Below are positions 17,568 through 25,905 of a stretch of 60,715 bases of DNA, piece after piece (position 1 is the first letter of the stretch; every line of letters starts with the position of its first letter). The translations under genes were made by a program, and so were the position numbers. Below the pieces are notes generated by a model that was not told the origin of the DNA, searched no databases, and saw nothing but the letters and a program-made list of their open reading frames with translations. Origin of the DNA: an uncultured Gammaproteobacteria bacterium (GTDB lineage: Bacteria; Patescibacteriota; Patescibacteriia; 2-01-FULL-39-33); assembly GCA_964361645.1 (NCBI GenBank), contig CAYIBK010000002.1, forward strand, positions 1 through 60,715, read 5' to 3'.

Positions 17568-17652
17568 TGGTGCCGAAGGAGAGACTCGAACTCTCACATA
17601 TTGCTATACACGATTTTGAGTCGTGCGCGTCTACCAGTTCCGCCACTTCGGC
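17568..17652 (-). tRNA. tRNA-Leu (CAA)
   Basis: GCCGAAGTGGCGGAACTGGTAGACGCGCACGACTCAAAATCGTG + long variable arm + GAGAGTTCGAGTCTCTCCTTCGGCACCA. CCA is encoded. Confidence 0.9.
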
Positions 17653-17667
17653 ATAAAATTTATCTAG

Positions 17668-17739
17668 TAGCAGGGGCGGGAGTTGAACCCGCGACCAACG
17701 GCTTATGAGTCCGATGCTCTACCACTGAGCTACCCTGCC
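17668..17739 (-). tRNA. tRNA with CAT anticodon (elongator Met or Ile2)
   Basis: GGCAGGGTAGCTCAGTGGTAGAGCATCGGACTCATAAGCCGTTGGTCGCGGGTTCAACTCCCGCCCCTGCTA. D- and T-loops are canonical. The anticodon stem has T27:T43 and A31:G39 mismatches. Confidence 0.8.
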
Positions 17740-17759
17740 ATACATACTAGTTTAAAGCA

Positions 17760-17817
17760 AAAAGTTGAAAGTTAAAAGTAAATACTTTATAGACTTTCAA
17801 CTTTTTAAACTTTTAAC
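17760..17817. repeat. AT-only imperfect palindrome of AAAGTT / AACTTT units between two tRNA genes
   Basis: aaaagttgaaagttaaaagt faces actttatagactttcaactttttaaacttttaac. Confidence 0.65.
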
Positions 17818-17824
17818 TAACTTG

Positions 17825-17896
17825 TTGCGGAGGTGGGATTCGCACCCACGACCTCCAGGTTATGGGCCTGGCGAGCTGCTACTGCTCTACCCCGCA
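17825..17896 (-). tRNA. initiator-like tRNA (CAT) with non-canonical loops
   Basis: TGCGGGGTAGAGCAGTAGCAGCTCGCCAGGCCCATAACCTGGAGGTCGTGGGTGCGAATCCCACCTCCGCAA. The GAGC/GCTC D-stem gives A11:U24 as in bacterial tRNA-fMet. However it has C33, no GG in the D-loop and a T-loop of TGCGAAT. Confidence 0.7.
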
Positions 17897-18003
17897 CAAG
17901 ACAGTGTATCATATAAATTCAATTTTGGCAAGGTGTAACTTAAATAATACTTTTATAAATAAGTTCATTATTTGTTTATATAGGCAGTTAAATACACATT
18001 TAA

Positions 18004-18039
18004 GATCCCTCGGCTTCGTTTTACTTCGCTCGGGATGAC
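18004..18039. repeat. miniature palindromic repeat, family B (GTCATCCCGAGCG...CGAGGGATC), inverted copy
   Basis: gatccctcggcttcgttttacttcgctcgggatgac. A second copy is at 57836-57881. Confidence 0.75.
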
Positions 18040-18113
18040 ATTTTAAATGATGCGTGTAAAAACACGCTTAGATATTTTGAATAGTCATTATTTTAATGTT
18101 ATAATAAAATTAT

Positions 18114-18881
18114 ATGGGACAAGTAATTTCTGTGGTAAATCAAAAAGGTGGAGTTGGCAAAACTACTACCGCTGTTAATCTGGCCGCTTACTTAAGTCAA
18201 TTAGGTAAGTTTGTTTTATTAATTGATTTAGATCCACAAAGCAATGCCACTTCCAATTTAGGTGTCTCTAAAGATTTAGATAAAGGAGTTTATGAGGTTT
18301 TAACTGGTCCGCATTCTTTTAGGGAAGTGATGGTTGATACCATTCATGAGTATTACAAACTTATTCCAGCCACAGTTTCTTTAGCTGGGGCCGGTGTAGA
18401 ATTTGTTAATTTAGATCGGCGTGAATTTAGGCTTTATGATAATCTGCTAGAAATTAGAAATGATTTTGATTACATCATAATTGATTGTCCGCCATCTTTA
18501 GGACTTTTAACTATTAATGGATTGGTGGCTTCTGATCAAGTTCTTATTCCTGTTCAAGCAGAATATTTTGCTCTAGAAGGTTTAGGGCAGTTAATTTCCA
18601 CTATTAGCCTTATTCAAGAAAATATTAAACCAGAGTTGGATATTTTGGGGGCAGTTTTAACTATGTATGATAAAAGATTTAAATTAGCCAATGATGTTTT
18701 AATGGAACTTTATAGATATTTTCCTAATAAAATATTTAGATCAGTTATTCCTCGTAATATTCGTTTATCAGAAGCGCCCAGTCATGGCAAAACTATTTTA
18801 GCTTATGATCCAAAATCAAAAGGAGCTAAAGCTTATGAGAGATTAGCCAGGGAATTCGTTTATCATACTAGTCCATATTAA
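18114..18881 (+). CDS. parA: ParA/Soj chromosome-partitioning ATPase
   Basis: Deviant Walker A motif NQKGGVGKTTT, plus DCPPSLG and VIPRNIRLSEAPSHG. Confidence 0.93.
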   Translation: MGQVISVVNQKGGVGKTTTAVNLAAYLSQLGKFVLLIDLDPQSNATSNLGVSKDLDKGVYEVLTGPHSFREVMVDTIHEYYKLIPATVSLAGAGVEFVNLDRREFRLYDNLLEIRNDFDYIIIDCPPSLGLLTINGLVASDQVLIPVQAEYFALEGLGQLISTISLIQENIKPELDILGAVLTMYDKRFKLANDVLMELYRYFPNKIFRSVIPRNIRLSEAPSHGKTILAYDPKSKGAKAYERLAREFVYHTSPY

Positions 18882-18893
18882 TATAAAATTATT

Positions 18894-19769
18894 ATGCAAA
18901 AAACATCTGGCCTTGGCCGGGGATTAGGATCTTTAATCCCTAATAAAAAATCAGTTAAAGAAATACTTGGCACCGAAAGTGAAGTGACTGGTATTTTAGA
19001 TACTAGAGAAAAAATTTCAGAGTTGCCGGTTGATAAAATCACCCCCAATCCACATCAGCCTCGAGTTAGTTTTGGGGAAGAAGATTTGCAAGAATTAGTT
19101 GAGTCTATCAAAGAGCACGGGGTTATCCAACCCTTGATTGTTAGTAAAACCTCTTCCGGCTGGCAATTGATCGCTGGAGAGCGAAGACTACGCTCGGCTA
19201 AATTGGCCGGCTTAAACACAGTGCCAGCTATTGTTCGTGAAATGAACGAACAAAAAAAAATGGAAGTGGCTTTAATAGAAAACTTGCAGCGCAAGAATCT
19301 TAATGCCTTGGAAACTGCTTTCGCTTATCAAAAATTAATAGATGAATTCAATCTTACCCAAGAGCAATTAGCCAAACGCGTCGCCAAAAGTCGTAGTGCC
19401 GTGGCCAATACTTTAAGGATTTTAACAGTGATAGATGAGGTTAAAGAAGCGATTAAAAATGGCCACATTTCCGAAGGCCATGCCAGAGTTTTAGCTGGTT
19501 TGCCCAAAGAAGATCAATCACTGACACTTAAAATAATCATTTCTGAAAGTTTAAATGTGCGTGAAACAGAAAAAGCTGGTAAGCAAATTGTAGTTCAAAA
19601 ACATCTTAGGAAAGTGTCTTTTAATCCAGAGCTTAAAGCTAAAGAAGAATTACTCCAATCAACCTTAGGCACTAAAGTAGAAATAAAAAAATTTGGCTCA
19701 ACTGGCCAGATAATTATAAAATTCTTCTCGGAAGAAGAATTAAAAGGTATTATTGATAAAATTGTTTAA
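18894..19769 (+). CDS. parB: ParB/Spo0J partition protein
   Basis: GLGRGLGSLI, NPHQPR, GVIQPLIV and LIAGERRLRSAKLAG boxes. Confidence 0.93.
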   Translation: MQKTSGLGRGLGSLIPNKKSVKEILGTESEVTGILDTREKISELPVDKITPNPHQPRVSFGEEDLQELVESIKEHGVIQPLIVSKTSSGWQLIAGERRLRSAKLAGLNTVPAIVREMNEQKKMEVALIENLQRKNLNALETAFAYQKLIDEFNLTQEQLAKRVAKSRSAVANTLRILTVIDEVKEAIKNGHISEGHARVLAGLPKEDQSLTLKIIISESLNVRETEKAGKQIVVQKHLRKVSFNPELKAKEELLQSTLGTKVEIKKFGSTGQIIIKFFSEEELKGIIDKIV

Positions 19770-19775
19770 CAAGAT

Positions 19776-19883
19776 GTCATTGCGAGGAGTCCCCGTGAAG
19801 ACGGGGAAGCAATCCCATAGATAAAAAATGAGTGTTAAAAAAATGGGATTGCTTCAGTCGCTTAAACTTCTTCGCAATGACAG
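19776..19883. repeat. inverted pair of family A miniature repeats
   Basis: gtcattgcgaggagtccccgtgaagacggggaagcaatcccatag (19776-19819) faces atgggattgcttcagtcgcttaaacttcttcgcaatgacag (19843-19883). Confidence 0.8.
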
Positions 19884-19892
19884 TTTTTTAAT

Positions 19893-21461
19893 CTATAGTT
19901 TTTTTGTTTTGTCTCGCATTTTACCAGAATAGCTGGTGATTGGCTGTGATGGTGAATTGGTATCGAATTGATTTTTTTTGTTGGGATTAATACCACGGAA
20001 GATGGTGCGTGATTTATTTAAAGCTGATCTGATTTTATTTTTAGCCATAGAAGTCTTAACGTTTTCCAGCCAATCCATGCCCGGCATTTTGCGGTTTTTG
20101 TCAGTTATAATTTCTATAATGTCGCCACTTTTTAATTTTGAATTCAAACTAACCAAGTGATCATTAACTCTGGCGCCCACACATTGATTGCCGATGGAAG
20201 AGTGGACATGATAAGCAAAATCAATCGGAGTTGATTCTTCGGGCAAATCGATAACATCACCAGTAGGAGTAAAAACAAAAATTCTGTTTTGGAAGATATC
20301 CAATTTAATATCGTTTAAAAATTGCTCGTTATCTTGGATTTGTTTTTGCCACTTAACTAGTTCTTCTATCCATTTAATACTTTTTTTATTAATACCACCT
20401 TTGTTTTCTTTGTAGTTCCAGTGGGCAGCAATGCCAAATTCTGCTTCTTCGTGCATATCCGTGGTTCTAATTTGGAATTCAACAATTTCTCCGTTTTCGG
20501 TAAAAACAGTAGTATGGAGAGATTGGTAGCCATTAGGCTTGGGCTGAGCAATGTAATCCTTAACGCGCCCCGGCATCGGCCGATAAAGATTATGCAAGAC
20601 ACCTAAAGCCGAATAGCAATCTGCTACGCTCGGCACAATTATTCTTAAGGCAATTAAATCGTAAATCTTGGACAGATCACGGTTAATCGGCGGACGGAGT
20701 AATTTTTTATATAAGCTATATAAATGCTTAGTTCGCCCATGAATGGAGATATTTTTTAAGGTGATACCGCTGTCTAATAATTTTTTAGCTACTCTCTTTT
20801 TTACTTTTTCCAAGTATCTTTCTTTCTCTTTATATTTTTTGGGTAGTATTTCCATGATCCATTTGTAATCGATCGGATAAACATATTTAAATGATAAATC
20901 TTCCAATTCGCCTTTTATTTTACCAATGCCCAAGCGATCGGCAATGGGTGCATAAATTTCCAGTGATTCTCTGGCAATCCTAATTTGTTTTTCTGGTGGC
21001 AAGAACTCTAAAGTTTTTAAATTATGGATGCGATCGGCGAATTTAATCAGGATAACCCTAATGTCATTGCTCATGGCTACAAACATCCTTCTTAAATTTT
21101 CGGCGTATCTTTCCATACCGCGGTATTTGAGAGCGCCTAATTTGGTAATGCCAGCTACTAAGCTGGCTACTTCTTTGCCAAAATTCTTCTTGATATCTTC
21201 AATAGTAATGGCAGTGTCTTCTGGGACATCATGAAGCAAGCCGGCAATGATAGTTGGTATATCCATTTTTAATTCCGCCAAAAATTGAGCGGTGGCTAAT
21301 GGATGGATGATGTAATCATCTCCTGATCGGCGTTTTTGTTCTTGGTGGGCATTATAAGCGAATTCGTAGGCTAACTTAACCATATCCAAATCTTCATTAG
21401 GATATTTTTCGCCCAAGGTTTTTAATAATTTTTCAAATTCTTGCTTGGCATCTGTTGTCAT
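19893..21461 (-). CDS. rel: bifunctional RelA/SpoT-family (p)ppGpp synthetase/hydrolase, no ACT domain
   Basis: HD domain (HPLATAQFLAE...HDVPEDT), synthetase motifs (YQSLHTTV, EFQIRT) and TGS (FVFTPTGDVIDLP). The track start is 21515. ATG 21461 is preferred because a TTGCCT-17-TATACT promoter lies inside the longer ORF. Confidence 0.9.
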   Translation of the reverse strand: MTTDAKQEFEKLLKTLGEKYPNEDLDMVKLAYEFAYNAHQEQKRRSGDDYIIHPLATAQFLAELKMDIPTIIAGLLHDVPEDTAITIEDIKKNFGKEVASLVAGITKLGALKYRGMERYAENLRRMFVAMSNDIRVILIKFADRIHNLKTLEFLPPEKQIRIARESLEIYAPIADRLGIGKIKGELEDLSFKYVYPIDYKWIMEILPKKYKEKERYLEKVKKRVAKKLLDSGITLKNISIHGRTKHLYSLYKKLLRPPINRDLSKIYDLIALRIIVPSVADCYSALGVLHNLYRPMPGRVKDYIAQPKPNGYQSLHTTVFTENGEIVEFQIRTTDMHEEAEFGIAAHWNYKENKGGINKKSIKWIEELVKWQKQIQDNEQFLNDIKLDIFQNRIFVFTPTGDVIDLPEESTPIDFAYHVHSSIGNQCVGARVNDHLVSLNSKLKSGDIIEIITDKNRKMPGMDWLENVKTSMAKNKIRSALNKSRTIFRGINPNKKNQFDTNSPSQPITSYSGKMRDKTKKL

Positions 21462-21590
21462 ATTGAGAAGTATATTGTATTTTTTTGATTTAGGCAAAAT
21501 ATTGACAAAAGACAAAAAATGATATAGTCTTATATTAGAAATAAAGTTCTTTAATTAAATCAAAAACCAAGGAAAAGGAAGGGGAAAGCC

Positions 21591-21914
21591 ATGGATTCTG
21601 AAAAGACGCCAAAATTAGCAGATATTACTCCAGTTCGTGATCTAAGAGACATTTTTAATTTTCGAGGAATATCATTAGATATCATTTTACAAGCTATGGC
21701 TATGGGTATTATTGTGGGTAGAGCCTTGCCTAAAGACCACCATACTCGCTATGTGGATGATTATATTGACGAAGTTAAGGCTAATATTATGGCGAAGGTC
21801 GGTACCAGGATTCCCTGTTCAAATCATCCTCTAACCCAAGAAGAGGCCAAAGCAATTTTCCTATTTTTTGGCACTCGAGAAACAATGGCATTATTCTCTA
21901 ATTGCCTTTTATAG
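21591..21914 (+). CDS. hypothetical protein
   Basis: 107-aa ORF with GGAAGGGGAAAG upstream, followed by a hairpin terminator (21925-21947). Confidence 0.5.
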   Translation: MDSEKTPKLADITPVRDLRDIFNFRGISLDIILQAMAMGIIVGRALPKDHHTRYVDDYIDEVKANIMAKVGTRIPCSNHPLTQEEAKAIFLFFGTRETMALFSNCLL

Positions 21915-21957
21915 TCAAAACTAAAAACCACCCTAAGGTGGTTTTTTAAAATGAATA

Positions 21958-24159
21958 TTATGGTTTACATTCTCTATTGGTGCATTTAGTATTGCCATTT
22001 TTATCTTCGCTCATAGGGTAACCGCATTTTTCGCATTTTTGATCAAGTGGTTTATTCCAGCTGGCAAAATCACACTTGGGATAATTAGAACAGCCGTAAA
22101 ATAATCCTTTCTTGCTTCTTTTGGTAACCACATCACCATCTTTACACTTAGGGCATTTCATATTCAAATCCTTAGGCGCTTCATTTTTGATGTATTTGCA
22201 TTTGGGGTAATTAGAACAACCTTTGAATTCGCCGTAGCGACCGGTTCTAAGTACTAAATTAGCTCCGCATTCCGGGCATTTTTCGTCTAATTTTTGTGGC
22301 TCCGGTCTTTCTTCTAATTGGCCGTTGGCTAAAATCTTTTTAGTATTCTTACAGGCAGGATAATTAGAACAGGCTAAGAATTTGCCGAAACGTCCCACTT
22401 TAATTACCATCGGCGAGCCGCATTTCTCGCATTTGTCATCGGTTTTTTCCTCGGTGAGTTCTTTTTTAGTTAGCTCTTTTTCTTTGGTCATAAGATTTTT
22501 ATTAAAGGGTTCGTAAAATTCTTTAATTACCGGTTGCCATTTTCTTTTGCCCTCGGAGATATCATCAAAATAATTTTCCATTTTGGCGGTAAAATCATAA
22601 TCAACTATTTCCGAGAAATGCTCAACTAGCAGATCATTTACCAGCAAAGCTATTTCGGTTGGCTTGAGGCGTCGGTTTTCTATTCTTTCAGCATAACCTC
22701 TTTCAATAACTGTGGCAATAGTTGGGGCATAAGTTGAAGGCCGCCCAATGCCTTTTTCTTCCAATGTTTTTACTAGGCTGGCATCGGAATATCTAGCTGG
22801 TGGTTGGGTAAATTTTTGAGCCGGGACCAGGGCTATTAATTTAGCTTTTTCATCCTTCTCCATTTCTGGCAATATTTCATCTTTAGTGGTGGTGGGATAT
22901 ATTTTTAAGAAGCCATCAAATTTAATCACCTGGCCGCTAACTCTAAAAGTATATTTGTCATCTTTAGTGTTAACATCAATAGAAGTAGCTTCCAGTTTAG
23001 CGCTAGACATTTGGCTGGCCACTGCCCTTTGCCAAATTAACTGATAAAGTTTAAACTGTTGATCGTTAAGGGAATCTTTAATTGATTCTGGCGATCTAAA
23101 AGCCGAAGTGGGGCGGATAGCTTCGTGGGCTTCCTGAGCTCCTTTGCTTTTAGTTTTGAATTCTTTGGAGTTTAAATATTCTTTACCCAATTTATCATTT
23201 ATATAATCAGCCGCTTCACTAGAAAATTTCTTTGATAAATTAGTGGAATCAGTTCTCATGTAAGTTATAAGTCCCACCGAATCTCCATTTAATTCAACGC
23301 CTTCATAGAGTTTCTGAGCTATCATCATAGTTTGCTTAGCCGAAAAATTCAATCTTCTATTAGCTTCTTGTTGTAGGGTAGAAGTGGTAAATGGCGCACT
23401 AGGGTTTCGCTTCACTTCTTTTTTGCTGGCTTCGGCAATATAATAATCTTGCGCTTCTAATTTTTTCTTTAAGTCGCTAGCCTCCGCCTCTGATTTAATA
23501 GCTAATTTATCCAAAGTCTGGTCATCAATTTTTTGCAGCTTAGCTATAAAGTCTTCATTTTTTGAGGTTTTAAAATTGCCAGCTATTTCCCAATACTCCT
23601 CAATGTTAAAATTTTGTATTTCTCTTTCTTTTTCCACTATCAATCTAACAACTACCGATTGAACTCGTCCGGCACTAAGTCCGCGAGCCACCTTTTTCCA
23701 TAAGAAGGGGGAGAGTTTGTAACCAACCAAGCGGTCTAAAATTCTTCTGGCCTGCTGGGAATCAACCATATTAATATCAATTGTCCTAGGATTCTTTAGG
23801 GCTTCACTAATGGCCTCTTCGGTTATTTCATGGAAGGTTATTCTTTTGGTGTCTTTGATGGGCGTTTTAAAGATCTGGGCTAAATGCCAAGAAATAGCCT
23901 CGCCTTCGCGGTCTTCGTCAGTGGCAAAGTAGATTCTATCGGCTTTTTTAGCCAAATCGCTTAATTCCTTAACTCTTTTTTTAGCTTTAGTGGGTATAGT
24001 GTAGCTTGGCTCAAAATTATTATCGACATCAACACCCAGTTTGCTGGCTGGCAAATCTCGGATATGGCCAAAAGAAGATTCTACTTTAAAATCTTTGGAT
24101 AAAAATTTCGAAATCGTTTTAGCTTTGGTGGGTGATTCGACTATAACTAAATTCTTCAT
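21958..24159 (-). CDS. topA: DNA topoisomerase I with four C-terminal zinc ribbons
   Basis: Toprim domain (LVIVESPTKAKTI, DEDREGE), the active-site region YMRTDS and repeated CxxC...CxxC ribbons. The start is taken at MKNLVIVESP (24159), which avoids overlap with dprA. Confidence 0.95.
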   Translation of the reverse strand: MKNLVIVESPTKAKTISKFLSKDFKVESSFGHIRDLPASKLGVDVDNNFEPSYTIPTKAKKRVKELSDLAKKADRIYFATDEDREGEAISWHLAQIFKTPIKDTKRITFHEITEEAISEALKNPRTIDINMVDSQQARRILDRLVGYKLSPFLWKKVARGLSAGRVQSVVVRLIVEKEREIQNFNIEEYWEIAGNFKTSKNEDFIAKLQKIDDQTLDKLAIKSEAEASDLKKKLEAQDYYIAEASKKEVKRNPSAPFTTSTLQQEANRRLNFSAKQTMMIAQKLYEGVELNGDSVGLITYMRTDSTNLSKKFSSEAADYINDKLGKEYLNSKEFKTKSKGAQEAHEAIRPTSAFRSPESIKDSLNDQQFKLYQLIWQRAVASQMSSAKLEATSIDVNTKDDKYTFRVSGQVIKFDGFLKIYPTTTKDEILPEMEKDEKAKLIALVPAQKFTQPPARYSDASLVKTLEEKGIGRPSTYAPTIATVIERGYAERIENRRLKPTEIALLVNDLLVEHFSEIVDYDFTAKMENYFDDISEGKRKWQPVIKEFYEPFNKNLMTKEKELTKKELTEEKTDDKCEKCGSPMVIKVGRFGKFLACSNYPACKNTKKILANGQLEERPEPQKLDEKCPECGANLVLRTGRYGEFKGCSNYPKCKYIKNEAPKDLNMKCPKCKDGDVVTKRSKKGLFYGCSNYPKCDFASWNKPLDQKCEKCGYPMSEDKNGNTKCTNRECKP

Positions 24160-24169
24160 TTTAATATTT

Positions 24170-25288
24170 TTAATTTTTGATATAATTCTTGCCCCCAATA
24201 TCTTTTATTAGGCCTTTTATTTCCATCATCGTTAAAGTGCTCAAGAGGACATTAATATTAAGTTTACTCATATTTTTTATTTTGTCAATGTGTAGTGGTT
24301 CGCGAGATAATAAATCCAAGACTATTTTTTCCTCTTCGTTGTCAACTTTTAATTCAGTTTTTAGGGTTTTAAAAACTGTTTGGATATTTAATTCTTGTAG
24401 GATATCATCGGCGTTGGTGATGAGTTTGGCACCCTGTTTGATAAGGTTATTAGTACCCTGGGAGTTGGTGCTATAAATACTTCCCGGGATAGCCAAGATG
24501 TCTCTATTTTGATCTAGGGCATATTTGGCGGTAATAAGCGCGCCGGAATTTATTGGTGCCTCAATCACCAGCACGGCTCTAGATAATCCAGAAATAATCC
24601 TATTTCTCATAGGGAAGGTAAATTTGGTTGGGTTGGTGCCAATGGGGTATTCAGCTATGATTCCTCCGCCGGAATTTATTATTTTATCGGCGATGTATCT
24701 GTTGCTAGAAGGGTAAACGCATTGCCGATTTACACCCGATCCCAGTACCGCCACTGTTTTGCCTAAAGCATCTAAACAGGCCTTATGAGAGATGGCATCA
24801 ATGCCAAAAGCCAAGCCAGATATAATGGTGATCCCGTCTTTAGCTAATTGGCTAACTATTTCTTCTGTAATTTGTTTTCCATAACTGGAAAATTTTCGAG
24901 TGCCGACCACAGCTAGGCAATTATTTTTTAAAAAATCCAGTGATCCTTGATAATATAAAATCGGTGGGGGATTGAATATTTCTTTTAAATTGGCTGGGTA
25001 ATTGTCATCGGTTAAAATAACCGCTTTGACATTTTCTTTATCCATTAATTCCATTTCTGCTTCTAGATCTATTTCCTGCCGGCTTATTATTATTTCATTG
25101 ATTAAATTTTCATCTAAACCAGCGGATTTTAATTGATTGTAATTAGCTTGCCAAGCCATTTCCATATCAATAAAAAAATCGATCAGTTTTTTAAAATTAA
25201 CGGGACCGATTTTCTGGATTTTAGAATAAGCCACCCAATATTTAAGGCGGTTATTTGTCTTTTGACTTATATTTTTTAATTCCTCCAC
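24170..25288 (-). CDS. dprA: DNA-processing protein DprA
   Basis: AVVGTRKFSSYG...SGLAFGIDAISHKA...PMRNRIISGLS, plus a C-terminal winged-helix region. Confidence 0.92.
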   Translation of the reverse strand: MEELKNISQKTNNRLKYWVAYSKIQKIGPVNFKKLIDFFIDMEMAWQANYNQLKSAGLDENLINEIIISRQEIDLEAEMELMDKENVKAVILTDDNYPANLKEIFNPPPILYYQGSLDFLKNNCLAVVGTRKFSSYGKQITEEIVSQLAKDGITIISGLAFGIDAISHKACLDALGKTVAVLGSGVNRQCVYPSSNRYIADKIINSGGGIIAEYPIGTNPTKFTFPMRNRIISGLSRAVLVIEAPINSGALITAKYALDQNRDILAIPGSIYSTNSQGTNNLIKQGAKLITNADDILQELNIQTVFKTLKTELKVDNEEEKIVLDLLSREPLHIDKIKNMSKLNINVLLSTLTMMEIKGLIKDIGGKNYIKN

Positions 25289-25524
25289 CTTATAAAATCA
25301 TTAATATAATTAATATTGACAAAGATAGGTTGATGTGATAATGTCTGATGTTGAGAGCAGATAATAGGTATTATTCTGTCTGCTAGTTGATAGATCTGGT
25401 TATCCCCCTCCTGGTGACTTGATTTATCGCCAAATTATGATTTACTTTTTATGAGTATTGTCATATACTAGTAGGCAGTATAGTATCTATTATTATTTTT
25501 ATTATTTTGTACTTTTAAACCAAA

Positions 25525-25600
25525 GCGGGGGTAGCCAAATCGGTAAGGCGGGAGTCTGCAAAGCTCTTAATTGCCGGTTCAAGTCCGGCCCCTCGCTCCA
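25525..25600 (+). tRNA. tRNA-Cys (GCA)
   Basis: GCGGGGGTAGCCAAATCGGTAAGGCGGGAGTCTGCAAAGCTCTTAATTGCCGGTTCAAGTCCGGCCCCTCGCTCCA. Discriminator is U73 and CCA is encoded. Confidence 0.9.
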
Positions 25601-25615
25601 AACCATTCTCATTAT

Positions 25616-25705
25616 GAGGGGGTGGATTTCTGGTGATTTAAACAGACGGCGTGGTCGTTTAAATCACTAGTGAAATCTTCTTGAGAGAACAAAAGGCATC
25701 CCCTC
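25616..25705 (+). other. structured spacer between tRNA-Cys and tRNA-Pro (possible small RNA or processing element)
   Basis: Nested helices: GAGGGG...CCCCTC, GGATTTC...GAAATC, and a perfect 11-bp stem GTGATTTAAAC-N13-GTTTAAATCAC. Confidence 0.3.
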
Positions 25706-25717
25706 GCCAATATTTTA

Positions 25718-25793
25718 CGGAATATAGCTCAGCTCGTAGAGCGCTCTGCCAGGGGCAGAGAGGTCGATGGTCCAAATCCATCTGTTCCGACCA
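25718..25793 (+). tRNA. tRNA-Pro-like, anticodon AGG, non-canonical loops
   Basis: CGGAATATAGCTCAGCTCGTAGAGCGCTCTGCCAGGGGCAGAGAGGTCGATGGTCCAAATCCATCTGTTCCGACCA. C1:G72, A73 and G37 fit a Pro tRNA. The anticodon loop CCAGGGG gives C33 and A34. The D-loop lacks GG and the T-loop is TCCAAAT. Confidence 0.7.
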
Positions 25794-25810
25794 AATATAT
25801 TTTAAAGAGT

Positions 25811-25897
25811 GCCCGAATGGTGGAACTGGCAGACACAACGGACTTAAAATCCGTTGGCCTTATGGCCGTGTGGGTTCAAATCTCACTTCGGGTACCA
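25811..25897 (+). tRNA. tRNA-Leu (TAA)
   Basis: GCCCGAATGGTGGAACTGGCAGACACAACGGACTTAAAATCCGTT + long variable arm + GTGGGTTCAAATCTCACTTCGGGTACCA. Confidence 0.9.
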
Positions 25898-25905
25898 AAT
25901 TTTGA

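Noticed and set aside
19556-19568. parS-like sequence TGTGCGTGAAACA inside parB
   Set aside because: Only the right half (CGTGAAACA) matches the TGTTNCACGTGAAACA consensus, and the left half does not. A half-site is insufficient to call a centromere.
25458-25905. Track ORFs 25458-25670 and 25681-25905 (+)
   Set aside because: They run straight through the tRNA-Cys, tRNA-Pro and tRNA-Leu genes, so the coding interpretation is spurious.
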